DNA of 49,519 nucleotides from Candidatus Micrarchaeota archaeon (lineage in GTDB: Archaea; Micrarchaeota; Micrarchaeia; Micrarchaeales; CABMGC01), in NCBI GenBank assembly GCA_028867115.1, contig JAGWGY010000002.1, forward strand, positions 1 to 49,519, in the 5' to 3' direction. The translations under genes and the position numbers were made by a program. Shown piece after piece: positions 36,127 to 44,807 of this stretch (within the stretch, counting starts at the first letter, position 1; every line of letters begins with the position of its first letter). The notes under the pieces are model-generated. The model saw nothing but the letters and a program-made list of their open reading frames with translations, did no database searches and was not told the origin of the DNA.

Positions 36127-36426
36127 TCAGGCAGTTGCTCCTTCCGATTTGAGAAGGAGCTTTTTCATTCTTGTCCCATAGGCGTAGCCTCCGATCTTTC
36201 TGCCTGATGCCACGACCCTATGGCACGGTATGATCAGCGGCAGGGGGTTCTTGTGCATTATATTCCCTACTGCCCTGTAAGCCCTCGGCCTGCCGCAACT
36301 CGCAGCGAGCTGTTTGTAGGAAACAGTCTTCCCTTTCGGGATATCAAAGGTCCTCATCAGGACCTTCGTCTCAAAATCAGTGAGATTGTAGCGCAAGAGT
36401 AGCGTTCTTACTCTCTCTTTGTCCAT
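36127..36426 (-). CDS. ogt: Methylated-DNA-protein-cysteine methyltransferase (single-domain Ogt)
   Basis: IPKG.TVSY, AYRAVG, NP.P.IIPCHRV, GGY..G, L..E. Confidence 0.92.
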   Translation of the reverse strand: MDKERVRTLLLRYNLTDFETKVLMRTFDIPKGKTVSYKQLAASCGRPRAYRAVGNIMHKNPLPLIIPCHRVVASGRKIGGYAYGTRMKKLLLKSEGATA

Positions 36427-36511
36427 GATTTTAATTGGGTGGGAAATTATAAAACAACGACACCGATACCCGTACAAAAAGCCTTAAAATCACCCTCTGC
36501 ATATCGCTATC

Positions 36512-37417
36512 ATGGCGCAGCAATACATCTGGCTCAATGGCAAATTCAAGAAGTTCGAGGAGGTGACAGTACACGTATTCACCCCCACGATACAATACGG
36601 CCTCGGCATTTTCGAGGGAATAAGGTGCTACCAGACAAAGAAGGGGGTGGCAGTGTTCAGGCTCAGGGAGCATGCAAAGAGGTTCATGGACAGCGCAAAG
36701 ATGTACAAGATGAAGCTTCGCGTCTCGCAAGAGGAGCTGGAAGAGGGAATAATTGAAACCGTGCGCAAGAACAAGATACAAAACGGCTACATCAGGCCAT
36801 TTGCGTTCTACGACAACGTGGTTATGGGTTTTTTCTATCCTGACGAGCAGATGAACGTTTCAATAACTGCGATAGAGTACGGCAACTACTTCCAAAACAA
36901 GGAGAAGGGGCTCAGATGCAAGGTCTCTTCATGGCGAAAGGCGAGCTCCGATGTACTGCCGCCGCAGGCTAAGGTGAGCGGCAATTATATCGCATCGTTC
37001 CTCTCAAGGCTAGATGCGCGAGACTCGGGGTACGACGAGGCGATACTGCTATCGGCAAACGGGCTTGTCGCAGAGGGGAGCGGGGAAAACATCTTCCTGG
37101 TTGAGGACAACAAGGTAATCACCCCCCAAAAGAGCGGCGATTTTCTGCTAGGGATAACCCGCGATTCGGCGATAAAGATACTTGAGAGCGCGGGGGTCGA
37201 GGTCGAGCAGAGGGGCGTGCACAGGGAAGAGCTCTACAAATGCGATGAACTATTCTTCACCGGCACTGCGGCGGAAGTAACTCCTGTGGTAAATGTCGAT
37301 GGGAGGACTATAGGGAATGGGAAGATCGGCCCAATAACAAGGATGGTCTCAGAGCGCTTTTCAAAGATAGTGTCTGGCGAAGACAAGCAGTTTGCAAAGT
37401 GGCTCACATACGTCTGA
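36512..37417 (+). CDS. ilvE: Branched-chain amino acid aminotransferase
   Basis: YG.GIFEG, FRL.EH..R, AK..GNY (PLP Lys), EGSGEN, LGITR, GTAAEV. Confidence 0.95.
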   Translation: MAQQYIWLNGKFKKFEEVTVHVFTPTIQYGLGIFEGIRCYQTKKGVAVFRLREHAKRFMDSAKMYKMKLRVSQEELEEGIIETVRKNKIQNGYIRPFAFYDNVVMGFFYPDEQMNVSITAIEYGNYFQNKEKGLRCKVSSWRKASSDVLPPQAKVSGNYIASFLSRLDARDSGYDEAILLSANGLVAEGSGENIFLVEDNKVITPQKSGDFLLGITRDSAIKILESAGVEVEQRGVHREELYKCDELFFTGTAAEVTPVVNVDGRTIGNGKIGPITRMVSERFSKIVSGEDKQFAKWLTYV

Positions 37418-37789
37418 TCAGAGCAGCTTGAGCGCCGCGGTCAGTTTGTCGATCTCCAACCCCTTCCATGGCCCTATCCCAAGCGCAGTCTTCGTGCCAG
37501 GGGGGAGCTGCGTCAGGCCTGCATCGGAGACAAGCGCGCAAGGGATGCCCTTGTATTCGAATGCCTTGTACAGCCTCTCCATCGATTCAACGCTGTCAAC
37601 CTTGAGTACAATCTTTTTCTGGCCAGATGCAAGCCACATTTCTGCTATCCTGCTCTCGATTCTAAGCGCCTCAAGGTAGCTAGAGACTGCGGCATGCCCC
37701 ACCTGCGCGGCAAGCTTGCCCTTTCCCATCTCTATGTCGGTGCGCACGATTATGACCTGCTTTATCTCTTCATCAAGCGACTTTGCCAT
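37418..37789 (-). CDS. pth2: Peptidyl-tRNA hydrolase Pth2
   Basis: KQVIIVRTD, GKLAAQ.GHA, GQKKIVLK, DAGLTQ, GIGP. Confidence 0.96.
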   Translation of the reverse strand: MAKSLDEEIKQVIIVRTDIEMGKGKLAAQVGHAAVSSYLEALRIESRIAEMWLASGQKKIVLKVDSVESMERLYKAFEYKGIPCALVSDAGLTQLPPGTKTALGIGPWKGLEIDKLTAALKLL

Positions 37790-37847
37790 GACGCAATTAA
37801 ACAATCAACTCTTTTATTTGTGCTTGTGGCTCCCAAATCCGCAGATA

Positions 37848-37883
37848 GACAATCGTGGAACTGGGCGGCGACAATCGTGGAAC
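37848..37883. repeat. 14-bp direct repeat GACAATCGTGGAAC x2 with 22-bp period
   Basis: Exact copies at 37848-37861 and 37870-37883; partial third copy GACAATCGTG at 37983. Confidence 0.85.
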
Positions 37884-37941
37884 AAAAAATGACGACACAG
37901 TAAAACTTATAAAACCCCCAACAGGAATAAATCCGATTGAT

Positions 37942-38574
37942 ATGGATATATCCCTCAAGTCCGTAAACTCCACAGCCTTCAAGACAATCGTGAAGTCCGA
38001 GCCTGCGCCAACATTCCTAAGCGTCGAACAGCCGAAGAGGCTCAGCGAGATTTTTGCAGATTCCCCGCTGCACAGGAACCACCTGGATTTCAGGGGCAAG
38101 ACATCAAAGACGCACAAGATAAAGAACGATCATATAAATGTCGACCTGGTCGCAGAGGCATTGATATGGAGGACCGAGCTAATAAAACACTGGAATCAGC
38201 ATCCAACAAGCCCAGATGTCGACACCGTGGCATCAAAACCTACAGCAAAGAGGCTAACGCCAAGAGAAATCGGAATAGTTCCAGGGAGCATGATACAAAT
38301 CCCTCCAGAAATGGAAGTCATAAAGCAGCTCAAGCACGGCGATTATTCGCTCGAAGAGACTTATTCTGAAGCTGAGCAGTCGCTTATAACTCTAATCGGC
38401 ACGAGCCAGCCAAAGACGCTGAACTCCCTCCAAAGGATAAGGGAGCTGGCATCAAACGCGAATGTAGGGAAGTTCTGCCTTGAAAAGGTGGAGGAGATGG
38501 CGATGAGGGCGGCAAACTGGACGGCAGCAAAGGTCTTCCACAACGAGAGGATAAAGCGCATCCAGGGGCAGTAA
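37942..38574 (+). CDS. Hypothetical protein
   Basis: Start trimmed to the ATG downstream of CTTATAAA (~37906). Confidence 0.6.
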   Translation: MDISLKSVNSTAFKTIVKSEPAPTFLSVEQPKRLSEIFADSPLHRNHLDFRGKTSKTHKIKNDHINVDLVAEALIWRTELIKHWNQHPTSPDVDTVASKPTAKRLTPREIGIVPGSMIQIPPEMEVIKQLKHGDYSLEETYSEAEQSLITLIGTSQPKTLNSLQRIRELASNANVGKFCLEKVEEMAMRAANWTAAKVFHNERIKRIQGQ

Positions 38575-38621
38575 CCTCCGCATATTTTATATCCAGAATT
38601 CCTAATCCCTACTGTGAGGCA

Positions 38622-39797
38622 GTGTTCAATCCAAGGCAGTTGATATTGCGTCTGCTGGGGGACTACTACAAGGGCGCCGAGGATGTCGCCCCTACCAGAT
38701 TGGAGCAGAGGGAATTCGGGTTCGGGAACCTCGACATGAAGGTTGCGGGAAGGCACATAGGGTTCGAGAGCGAAAAGAAGTACAGGGAGTACCTCGTCAC
38801 AAACGCTCCCGCATTTGTCTCGTGCTCGCAGGCATTCTACAGGTACCCCGCAGCAAGGCCCATGGAGAAGAAGGAGCCCACAGGCGCGGAGCTGGTATTC
38901 GATATCGACGCAACGGACATGAACCTCGACTGCCAGCAGGTCCACGGTAAGAAGTGGGTGTGCAGCAACTGCTTTGATAAGACAAAGCAGGAGGTGCAGA
39001 AACTGGTCGAGGACTTCCTGGTCCCCGACTTCGGATTTTCCGAGAAGGAGATAGAGATAAATTTCAGCGGCAACCGCGGTTACCACCTGCACATAGAATC
39101 AGAAAAGGTGCTCCAGCTCGACAACTTCGCAAGAAGGCAGGTCAGCGAGTACATCGCAGGCACAGGAATCGACTTTGAGGAGTTCTTCCCGATGGTGGGC
39201 GTCGAGGGGACAAGGCTCAAGAAGCTCATGGGCCCAAAGCCTACGGACAAGGGATGGCAGGGGAAGATAGCAAACAACTTCCTCAGGGCGCTAAACACTG
39301 GCGTAGGGACGCTGATGGAGTTCGGCATGACAAAGCAGGAAGCATCGCAGCTCTTCAAGAAGCGCGCCCTGGTAGAGATGGGGATAAGGAACGGCAACTG
39401 GGACATGGCGTACATCAAGAAGAAGGACGAGTTCTGGCGCAAGGTTATGAAGGCTCAATCGATAATGCAGAGCGACAAGATAGACAAGAACGTGACAAGC
39501 GACATGACTCATCTTCTCAGGGTGCCGAACACAATACACGGAGAGACCGGGCTGATTGCAAAGAAGGTGGGGCACAAATCCGCCCTTGAGAAGTTCAATC
39601 CTATGAAGGAGGCGATAGCGTTCAAGAAGGGGGAGGCAAAGGTGAGCGTAACGAATTCCCCGGAGCTAACAATCAACGGCAAGACGTTTGGCCCATACAG
39701 CGCCGAGGATGCGGTGCTTCCAATGTATGCCGCAGTGTACCTGTACCTGAAGGGGGTCGCAACGATCAAAGGATACAGGATCAGGTCGGAAAAATAG
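38622..39797 (+). CDS. priS: DNA primase catalytic subunit
   Basis: REFGF, ELVFDIDA.D, Zn motif C...H....C..C, SGNRGYH, D.NVT.D..HLLR.P.T.HG. Confidence 0.95.
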   Translation: MFNPRQLILRLLGDYYKGAEDVAPTRLEQREFGFGNLDMKVAGRHIGFESEKKYREYLVTNAPAFVSCSQAFYRYPAARPMEKKEPTGAELVFDIDATDMNLDCQQVHGKKWVCSNCFDKTKQEVQKLVEDFLVPDFGFSEKEIEINFSGNRGYHLHIESEKVLQLDNFARRQVSEYIAGTGIDFEEFFPMVGVEGTRLKKLMGPKPTDKGWQGKIANNFLRALNTGVGTLMEFGMTKQEASQLFKKRALVEMGIRNGNWDMAYIKKKDEFWRKVMKAQSIMQSDKIDKNVTSDMTHLLRVPNTIHGETGLIAKKVGHKSALEKFNPMKEAIAFKKGEAKVSVTNSPELTINGKTFGPYSAEDAVLPMYAAVYLYLKGVATIKGYRIRSEK

Positions 39798-39862
39798 CGT
39801 CACGAAACGATTTTGCAGATCAGCTATATAAACCGCAAAAGCGCATTTTACTCGGGGATAAT

Positions 39863-40282
39863 ATGCGATTGAAGGTCCTTAACGAGAAGAAGGATTACCG
39901 AGAGGAAGAGTCTGAGGCAAAGCTCAGCAAGTTCCGCAGCGGACTTGAGGCCGCAAGCGCCGCACTCTCCACGGATTCGGGCGCAGAGCTGATAAAGACC
40001 TGGTCGCCTGAGGATGCGAAGGAACGGATGAGGATGAATGCGTTCAACTGCAAGAGCATCCTGGAGGAATCGAAGAAGGTCGCAGAAGAGATCTCAGACG
40101 AGCAATTCCCAAACAAGAAGGACGTACTAAAGGAGATAAACGGGGCGATGCAGGTGCTTGATTCCTACCTCATGGACGGAAGGCAGCCGCTCAGCGCAGC
40201 CGATGTTGCGTCAAACCAGAAGGTGACAGAGGCAACAAATTACCTCTCAGAAGCGCTCAAGTCGATGGACCCAAAGGAGTGA
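39863..40282 (+). CDS. Hypothetical helical protein
   Basis: 139-aa ORF after CTATATAAA. Confidence 0.6.
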   Translation: MRLKVLNEKKDYREEESEAKLSKFRSGLEAASAALSTDSGAELIKTWSPEDAKERMRMNAFNCKSILEESKKVAEEISDEQFPNKKDVLKEINGAMQVLDSYLMDGRQPLSAADVASNQKVTEATNYLSEALKSMDPKE

Positions 40283-40288
40283 GCGCGC

Positions 40289-40315
40289 TTCCGCTATTGG
40301 GAACCCTTTTATAAT
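40289..40315 (+). promoter_or_regulatory. TTCCGCTATT box plus TATA box upstream of rpl15e
   Basis: TTCCGCTATT-N8-TTTTATAA. Confidence 0.55.
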
Positions 40316-40373
40316 CTTTCGATGCAATGTATGTGTATTTCTAATCACTAGAATATTTCATCGGTGCTTTTTA

Positions 40374-40952
40374 ATGGGCGCTTACAAATACATCAAGCAG
40401 AGCATGGAGCAGAGCTACAAGGAGCGAAGCACGGTGCTGAAGAACAGGATATCCGAGTGGAGAAGGGAGGGCGCAATAGTGAGGGCGCAGGTCCCGACCA
40501 ACGTCGCAAGGGCTAGAGAGCTCGGCTACAAGGCAAAGCCAGGCGTCATAATCGTAAGGGTGAAGGTTTCGAAGGGTCTCAGCAAGAGGCAGAAGCCAGT
40601 CAGAGGAAGAAAGCCGTCAAAGTACGGCAGGTTTTATGCGTATGCAAAGTCGCTGCAGTCAAGGGCAGAGGAGCGCGCAGCAAGAAAATTCGACAACTGC
40701 GAGGTAGTCAACTCATACTACGTTGGCGAGGACGGCGAGTACAAGTTCTTCGAGACGATACTCGTCGACCGAAACAACAAGATCATCACAAGCGACCCTG
40801 ACTACGCGAACCTCATTGCAAACAAGAGCCGCGCATTCCGCGGGCTGTCAAGCTCAGGCAGAAGGCACCGTGGCATAATCAGGAAGGGCACCGGCACGTC
40901 GCTGAGCAGGCCGAGCGTGAGGGCTGCGAGAAGGCACATCTTCAGGCAGTAG
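40374..40952 (+). CDS. rpl15e: 50S ribosomal protein eL15
   Basis: MGAYKY, PT...RAR.LGYKAK, AEERA, NSYYVGEDG, RAFRGL. Confidence 0.97.
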   Translation: MGAYKYIKQSMEQSYKERSTVLKNRISEWRREGAIVRAQVPTNVARARELGYKAKPGVIIVRVKVSKGLSKRQKPVRGRKPSKYGRFYAYAKSLQSRAEERAARKFDNCEVVNSYYVGEDGEYKFFETILVDRNNKIITSDPDYANLIANKSRAFRGLSSSGRRHRGIIRKGTGTSLSRPSVRAARRHIFRQ

Positions 40953-40954
40953 GC

Positions 40955-41266
40955 ATGCGGGCCACTATTTTTGTGAGCGGCAAGATACAGGGTGTCGGAT
41001 TCAGGAATTTCGTTCGCATTACTGCGAAGTACACCTCAATCAAAGGGGTAGTCCGGAACCTTAAGGATGGGAGGGTGGAGATCTTTGCAGAGGGCACAGA
41101 AGAGGGCATAAGCAAGATGGTGTCAATCTTCAAGGAGAACATCGGGATCACCGTCCCAGCAAGGATTGACGATATCGAGGTGCACGAAGAGGGGAGCGCA
41201 GGATACCGCGGCGCATGGAAGGATTTTAGGGACAAGTTCCTTATAGATGAGAGATGGGGCGATTGA
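40955..41266 (+). CDS. acyP: Acylphosphatase
   Basis: SGKIQGVGFR, G.VRN..DGRVE. Confidence 0.93.
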   Translation: MRATIFVSGKIQGVGFRNFVRITAKYTSIKGVVRNLKDGRVEIFAEGTEEGISKMVSIFKENIGITVPARIDDIEVHEEGSAGYRGAWKDFRDKFLIDERWGD

Positions 41267-41503
41267 ACGTACCACGCTGAGCTTACTATGGATCTTGGGG
41301 AGAGGGCAAAGGACTATTTTGCAGTGATGGACAAGAAGCTGAGCTACAAGAGGAGCAGCGTCGCCATAAAAAGGAGGGGGCAAGAAATAATCGTCGCGAT
41401 AGAGGCAAAAGACCCTATCGCGCTCGTAGCGTCCCTCAACAGCGTGATAAAACAAGTCAGGATAATAGGCAACGCAGAGCAGCTTGCAGAAAAAATCGGC
41501 TGA
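41267..41503 (+). CDS. pcc1: KEOPS subunit Pcc1 (first ATG at 41288; probable ACG start at 41267)
   Basis: RS.V......I...IEAKD..AL.ASLNS Pcc1 motif; first strand YHAELTMDL lies upstream of the ATG. Confidence 0.8.
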   Translation, partial: TYHAELTMDLGERAKDYFAVMDKKLSYKRSSVAIKRRGQEIIVAIEAKDPIALVASLNSVIKQVRIIGNAEQLAEKIG

Positions 41504-41545
41504 TTTTGGACCACTGTTTCCCGTGCGGGCAGCAGATTCCTGAAC

Positions 41546-41573
41546 TTCCACTACTAACGATATCCTTATAAAT
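41546..41573 (+). promoter_or_regulatory. TTCCACTACT box plus TATA box upstream of the uL3 operon
   Basis: TTCCACTACT-N10-TTATAAAT. Confidence 0.6.
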
Positions 41574-41653
41574 ATAAGTCGGCTAATTACATTCGTTACT
41601 CTTAGTTAAGCTGCTCCACTTTCCAAGTTTTGCAGTCATAAAAGGTTTTTACC

Positions 41654-42622
41654 GTGAGAAGAGGCTCTATGGAATACTGGCCCCACAGGAGGGCCAAGAA
41701 GGTAATGCCCAGGATTCGATCCTGGCCTAGCGCAGCAGAGCCATCGTTCCTCGGTCTTGTCGCATTCAAGGCAGGCATGACCCACGTCGGCATGATGGAC
41801 GACAGCGAGTCATCGACAAAGGGCAGCGAGATAATAAGGCCAGCGACAGTCCTCGAGATCCCAAGGGTTTACATATACGGGCTCAGGCTCTATTCAAAGA
41901 AGCAGTACGAGGCGCCTGCAAAGGATTTCTACTCAAAGGAGCTTGCCGCAAAGGTGGGCATAAAGAAGACGGAGAACACCGCAGAAAAGCTTGCAGAGGC
42001 AAAGAAGGACCTCTCAAAGTACACCGATGTGGGCGCTCTTGCTTTCCTCGACGCGACGAACCTCGATTTTGGGAACAAAAGGTGGATGAGATTCGAGCTC
42101 GAGGTCGGCGGGAAAGACCTCAACGAGAAGGTTGCATTCATAGAGCAGTGGCTAGGAAAGGAAGTGAAGATAAAAGACTTCATAAACGATGGTGATTACA
42201 TTGACGTCAAAGCGGTATCAAAAGGAAAGGGATGGGCCGGCGTCATAAAGAGATACGGGGTCGCAAGGCTGATGAGGAAGGCGACGCAGAAGATCAGGCA
42301 CACAGGTACCATGGGAGCGTGGCACCCGCCTAAGGTGCTCTACACCATCCCTCAGGCAGGGCACATGGGATTCAACTACAGAACAGAGCTAAACAAGCGC
42401 GTGCTGAAGGTCGGCGCATCAAGCGAGGCAGGCACGATAAACGTGAAGGGCGGATACCTAAGGTACGGCAACCTGAAGAACGATTTCATACTTCTAGACG
42501 GATCAATTCCTGGAGTTGCGAAGAGGCTGGTGAGGCTGCGCAAGGCGATAAGAAACAAGAGCGCAATCAAGAAGCCTCAGCTGACGTACATCTCGGTCGA
42601 GTCTAAGCAGGGTGCATCATGA
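41654..42622 (+). CDS. rpl3: 50S ribosomal protein uL3
   Basis: RRGS, KAGMTH, SKGKG..G..KR, AGHMG...RTE.NK. Confidence 0.97.
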   Translation: MRRGSMEYWPHRRAKKVMPRIRSWPSAAEPSFLGLVAFKAGMTHVGMMDDSESSTKGSEIIRPATVLEIPRVYIYGLRLYSKKQYEAPAKDFYSKELAAKVGIKKTENTAEKLAEAKKDLSKYTDVGALAFLDATNLDFGNKRWMRFELEVGGKDLNEKVAFIEQWLGKEVKIKDFINDGDYIDVKAVSKGKGWAGVIKRYGVARLMRKATQKIRHTGTMGAWHPPKVLYTIPQAGHMGFNYRTELNKRVLKVGASSEAGTINVKGGYLRYGNLKNDFILLDGSIPGVAKRLVRLRKAIRNKSAIKKPQLTYISVESKQGAS

Positions 42623-43419
42623 TGGAAACAAACCTCTACCAGCTTGACGGCAAAATCGAGAAGAAGATCGCCCTGCCAGAAGCATTCACAAAGAGATTCA
42701 GAGAGGACCTGGTAAGGAGGGCGATACTAGCAGAGCAGTCTATGCGATACCAACCTCAGGCGCACTACATCAGCGCAGGTATGCAGACGAGCGCAATGTA
42801 CATAGGAGAATATTCAACCTGGAGAACGGGGAGGCACATGGGAACCGCAATAAGGCCAAGGCAGAAGCTTGCAGGCGGGGCCCAGGGAGACGTAAGAAAG
42901 ATCCCTAGCTCGACTAAGGGAAGGAGGGCGCACCCGCACAGGGTTGAGAAGATACTTGTCGAGAGGATTAACGTGCAGGAGTACCGCAAGGCGCTCGAAT
43001 CCGCACTATCCGGAACGGCAAACCAGGAGCTTGTTTCGAAGAGGAACACCCCAAAGCTCAGCACCATCCCTATAGTGATGGACAACAAGATCGAGTCGGT
43101 CGCAAAGACTACGGATCTTATGAAGATACTAAAAGTGGTCGGAGTCGAGAGCGACATAGAGAAGTCACACGACCCAAAGCTCAAGAAGGGGCTCCGAAGG
43201 TCCGCAAAGAGAAGGATATTCAGAAAGTCAGTACTCATAGTCGTAAATGAGAATTCAAAGGTCGAGAAGGCCGGAAGGAACATCCCTGGAGTTGATGTGA
43301 GGAGCGTAAAGTCGCTCACCGTCGAGGCGATCGCGCCAGGAGCAATCCCCAGGATAACGGTGTGGAGCCAGTCTGCGCTCGAATCCGTCCAGGAAGCAGT
43401 AAAGAACGCAAAGCTGTGA
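42622..43419 (+). CDS. rpl4: 50S ribosomal protein uL4
   Basis: R.DLVRRA, AGM.TSA, GRRAHP, RNIPGVD. Confidence 0.95.
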   Translation: METNLYQLDGKIEKKIALPEAFTKRFREDLVRRAILAEQSMRYQPQAHYISAGMQTSAMYIGEYSTWRTGRHMGTAIRPRQKLAGGAQGDVRKIPSSTKGRRAHPHRVEKILVERINVQEYRKALESALSGTANQELVSKRNTPKLSTIPIVMDNKIESVAKTTDLMKILKVVGVESDIEKSHDPKLKKGLRRSAKRRIFRKSVLIVVNENSKVEKAGRNIPGVDVRSVKSLTVEAIAPGAIPRITVWSQSALESVQEAVKNAKL

Positions 43420-43424
43420 TAATC

Positions 43425-43676
43425 ATGACATCATTAATGTACCCGATAGCAACAGAAAAGGCAATAAACATGATCGAGAAGGATAACATAATAGAGTACA
43501 TTGTCGACTCGAGGTCAACAAAGACGGAGATAAAGAAGGATTTCGAGAAGCGCTTCAACGTGAAGGTGAGCAGCATAGCAACAGCCCGCACGCCCAGGAA
43601 TTCAAAGAAGGCTTTCATAAAGCTCGCAAAAGAGTTCAAGGCAAGCGACATAGCGCTCAAGCTCAAGCTCGTATAA
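43425..43676 (+). CDS. rpl23: 50S ribosomal protein uL23
   Basis: P..TEKA, K.EIK....F.VKV, KKAFIKL. Confidence 0.95.
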   Translation: MTSLMYPIATEKAINMIEKDNIIEYIVDSRSTKTEIKKDFEKRFNVKVSSIATARTPRNSKKAFIKLAKEFKASDIALKLKLV

Positions 43677-43696
43677 TGATAAAACAGGTATGAATA

Positions 43697-44416
43697 ATGG
43701 GAAAGCGACTCAAAATGCAAAGGCGCGGAAAGGGCAGCAACGTATTCATCAAGCCGCCAAACCGCTTCAAGGCCGACGTAACGTTCGGGCCGATAATCCA
43801 GAGCGGAAAGATATTCGCAGAGGTAATCGAATTCATAGACGACCCTGGGCACACCGCCCCGCTGATGAGGGTAAAGTACGATGACATGCACGAGAACGTC
43901 TTCATCGCGCCTGAAGGAATCCGTGTGGGTGATAGGATCCAGATGGGCCCAGAGGCTTCGGTTGGCATAGGGAACATCACACGCATAGGGGGCATACCCG
44001 AGGGTCTTCCGATATACAACATCGAGCGCATTCCAGGAGACGGCGGGAAGTTCGTACGCTCTGCAGGAAGCTTCGCAACAATAGTCGGTCATACTGAAAA
44101 AACTACAACAATAATGATGCCATCCAAGCACGCAGTCGAGCTCAGCAACAACTGCAGGGCGGAGATAGGGATTGCGGCAGGAGGCGGAATGGAGATGCTT
44201 CCAATAATGAAGGCAGGAAAGGCGCACTACATAAAGCACGCGACAAACGCAAAGTGGCCTGTCAACAGGGGAGTAAAGAGCAACCCTGTGGACCACCCGT
44301 TCGGCGGAAAGCAGCACCACAAGGGAGCGTCGTCCATGACATCGAGGAACGCGCCGCCTGGAGCAAAGGTCGGGCACATCGCCGCAAGGAGGGTTGGAAG
44401 GAAGAAGAGAGGTTGA
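43697..44416 (+). CDS. rpl2: 50S ribosomal protein uL2
   Basis: MGKRL..QRRG, DPG, NP.DHPFGG, PPG.KVG. Confidence 0.97.
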   Translation: MGKRLKMQRRGKGSNVFIKPPNRFKADVTFGPIIQSGKIFAEVIEFIDDPGHTAPLMRVKYDDMHENVFIAPEGIRVGDRIQMGPEASVGIGNITRIGGIPEGLPIYNIERIPGDGGKFVRSAGSFATIVGHTEKTTTIMMPSKHAVELSNNCRAEIGIAAGGGMEMLPIMKAGKAHYIKHATNAKWPVNRGVKSNPVDHPFGGKQHHKGASSMTSRNAPPGAKVGHIAARRVGRKKRG

Positions 44417-44420
44417 TTGA

Positions 44421-44807
44421 ATGGCACGAGTTTACACTTACAGAGGAATGACAATCGAGGATCTCCAGAAGCTGAGCGTCGAGGACTTCACAAAGCTGCT
44501 CGACTCAAGGCAGAGGAGGGCGATAAACAGGATGGGCGTCGACTACAAGAAGCTTCTCGAGAAGGTCGAGAGGGCCAAGAAGAGCGGCAAGGTGGTCAAG
44601 ACGCAGGTAAGAGAGGCAGTAATTCTTCCATCGTGGATAGGGATGCAGTTCTCGGTCCACAACGGGAAGGAGTTCAAGCAGGTCGAACTGAGGCCTGAGA
44701 TGCTGGGCCACAGGCTCGGCGAGTTCTTCTTCTCAACAAAGAGGGTCCTGCACAGCGCTCCTGGTATCAGGGCAACAAGAGGTAGCAAGTTCCTTGCGGT
44801 GAAGTGA
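44421..44807 (+). CDS. rps19: 30S ribosomal protein uS19
   Basis: YRG, VHNGK.F, MLGH.LGEF, PGI.AT. Confidence 0.97.
   Translation: MARVYTYRGMTIEDLQKLSVEDFTKLLDSRQRRAINRMGVDYKKLLEKVERAKKSGKVVKTQVREAVILPSWIGMQFSVHNGKEFKQVELRPEMLGHRLGEFFFSTKRVLHSAPGIRATRGSKFLAVK

Noticed and set aside
37848..37994. CRISPR-like array
   Set aside because: Only two 14-bp copies with an 8-bp gap, and no cas genes.
43316..44377. 353-aa antisense ORF and other long shadow ORFs (25872-26597, 38361-39092, 4735-5412)
   Set aside because: They overlap well-supported genes on the opposite strand and have no recognisable motifs, as expected with high GC3.
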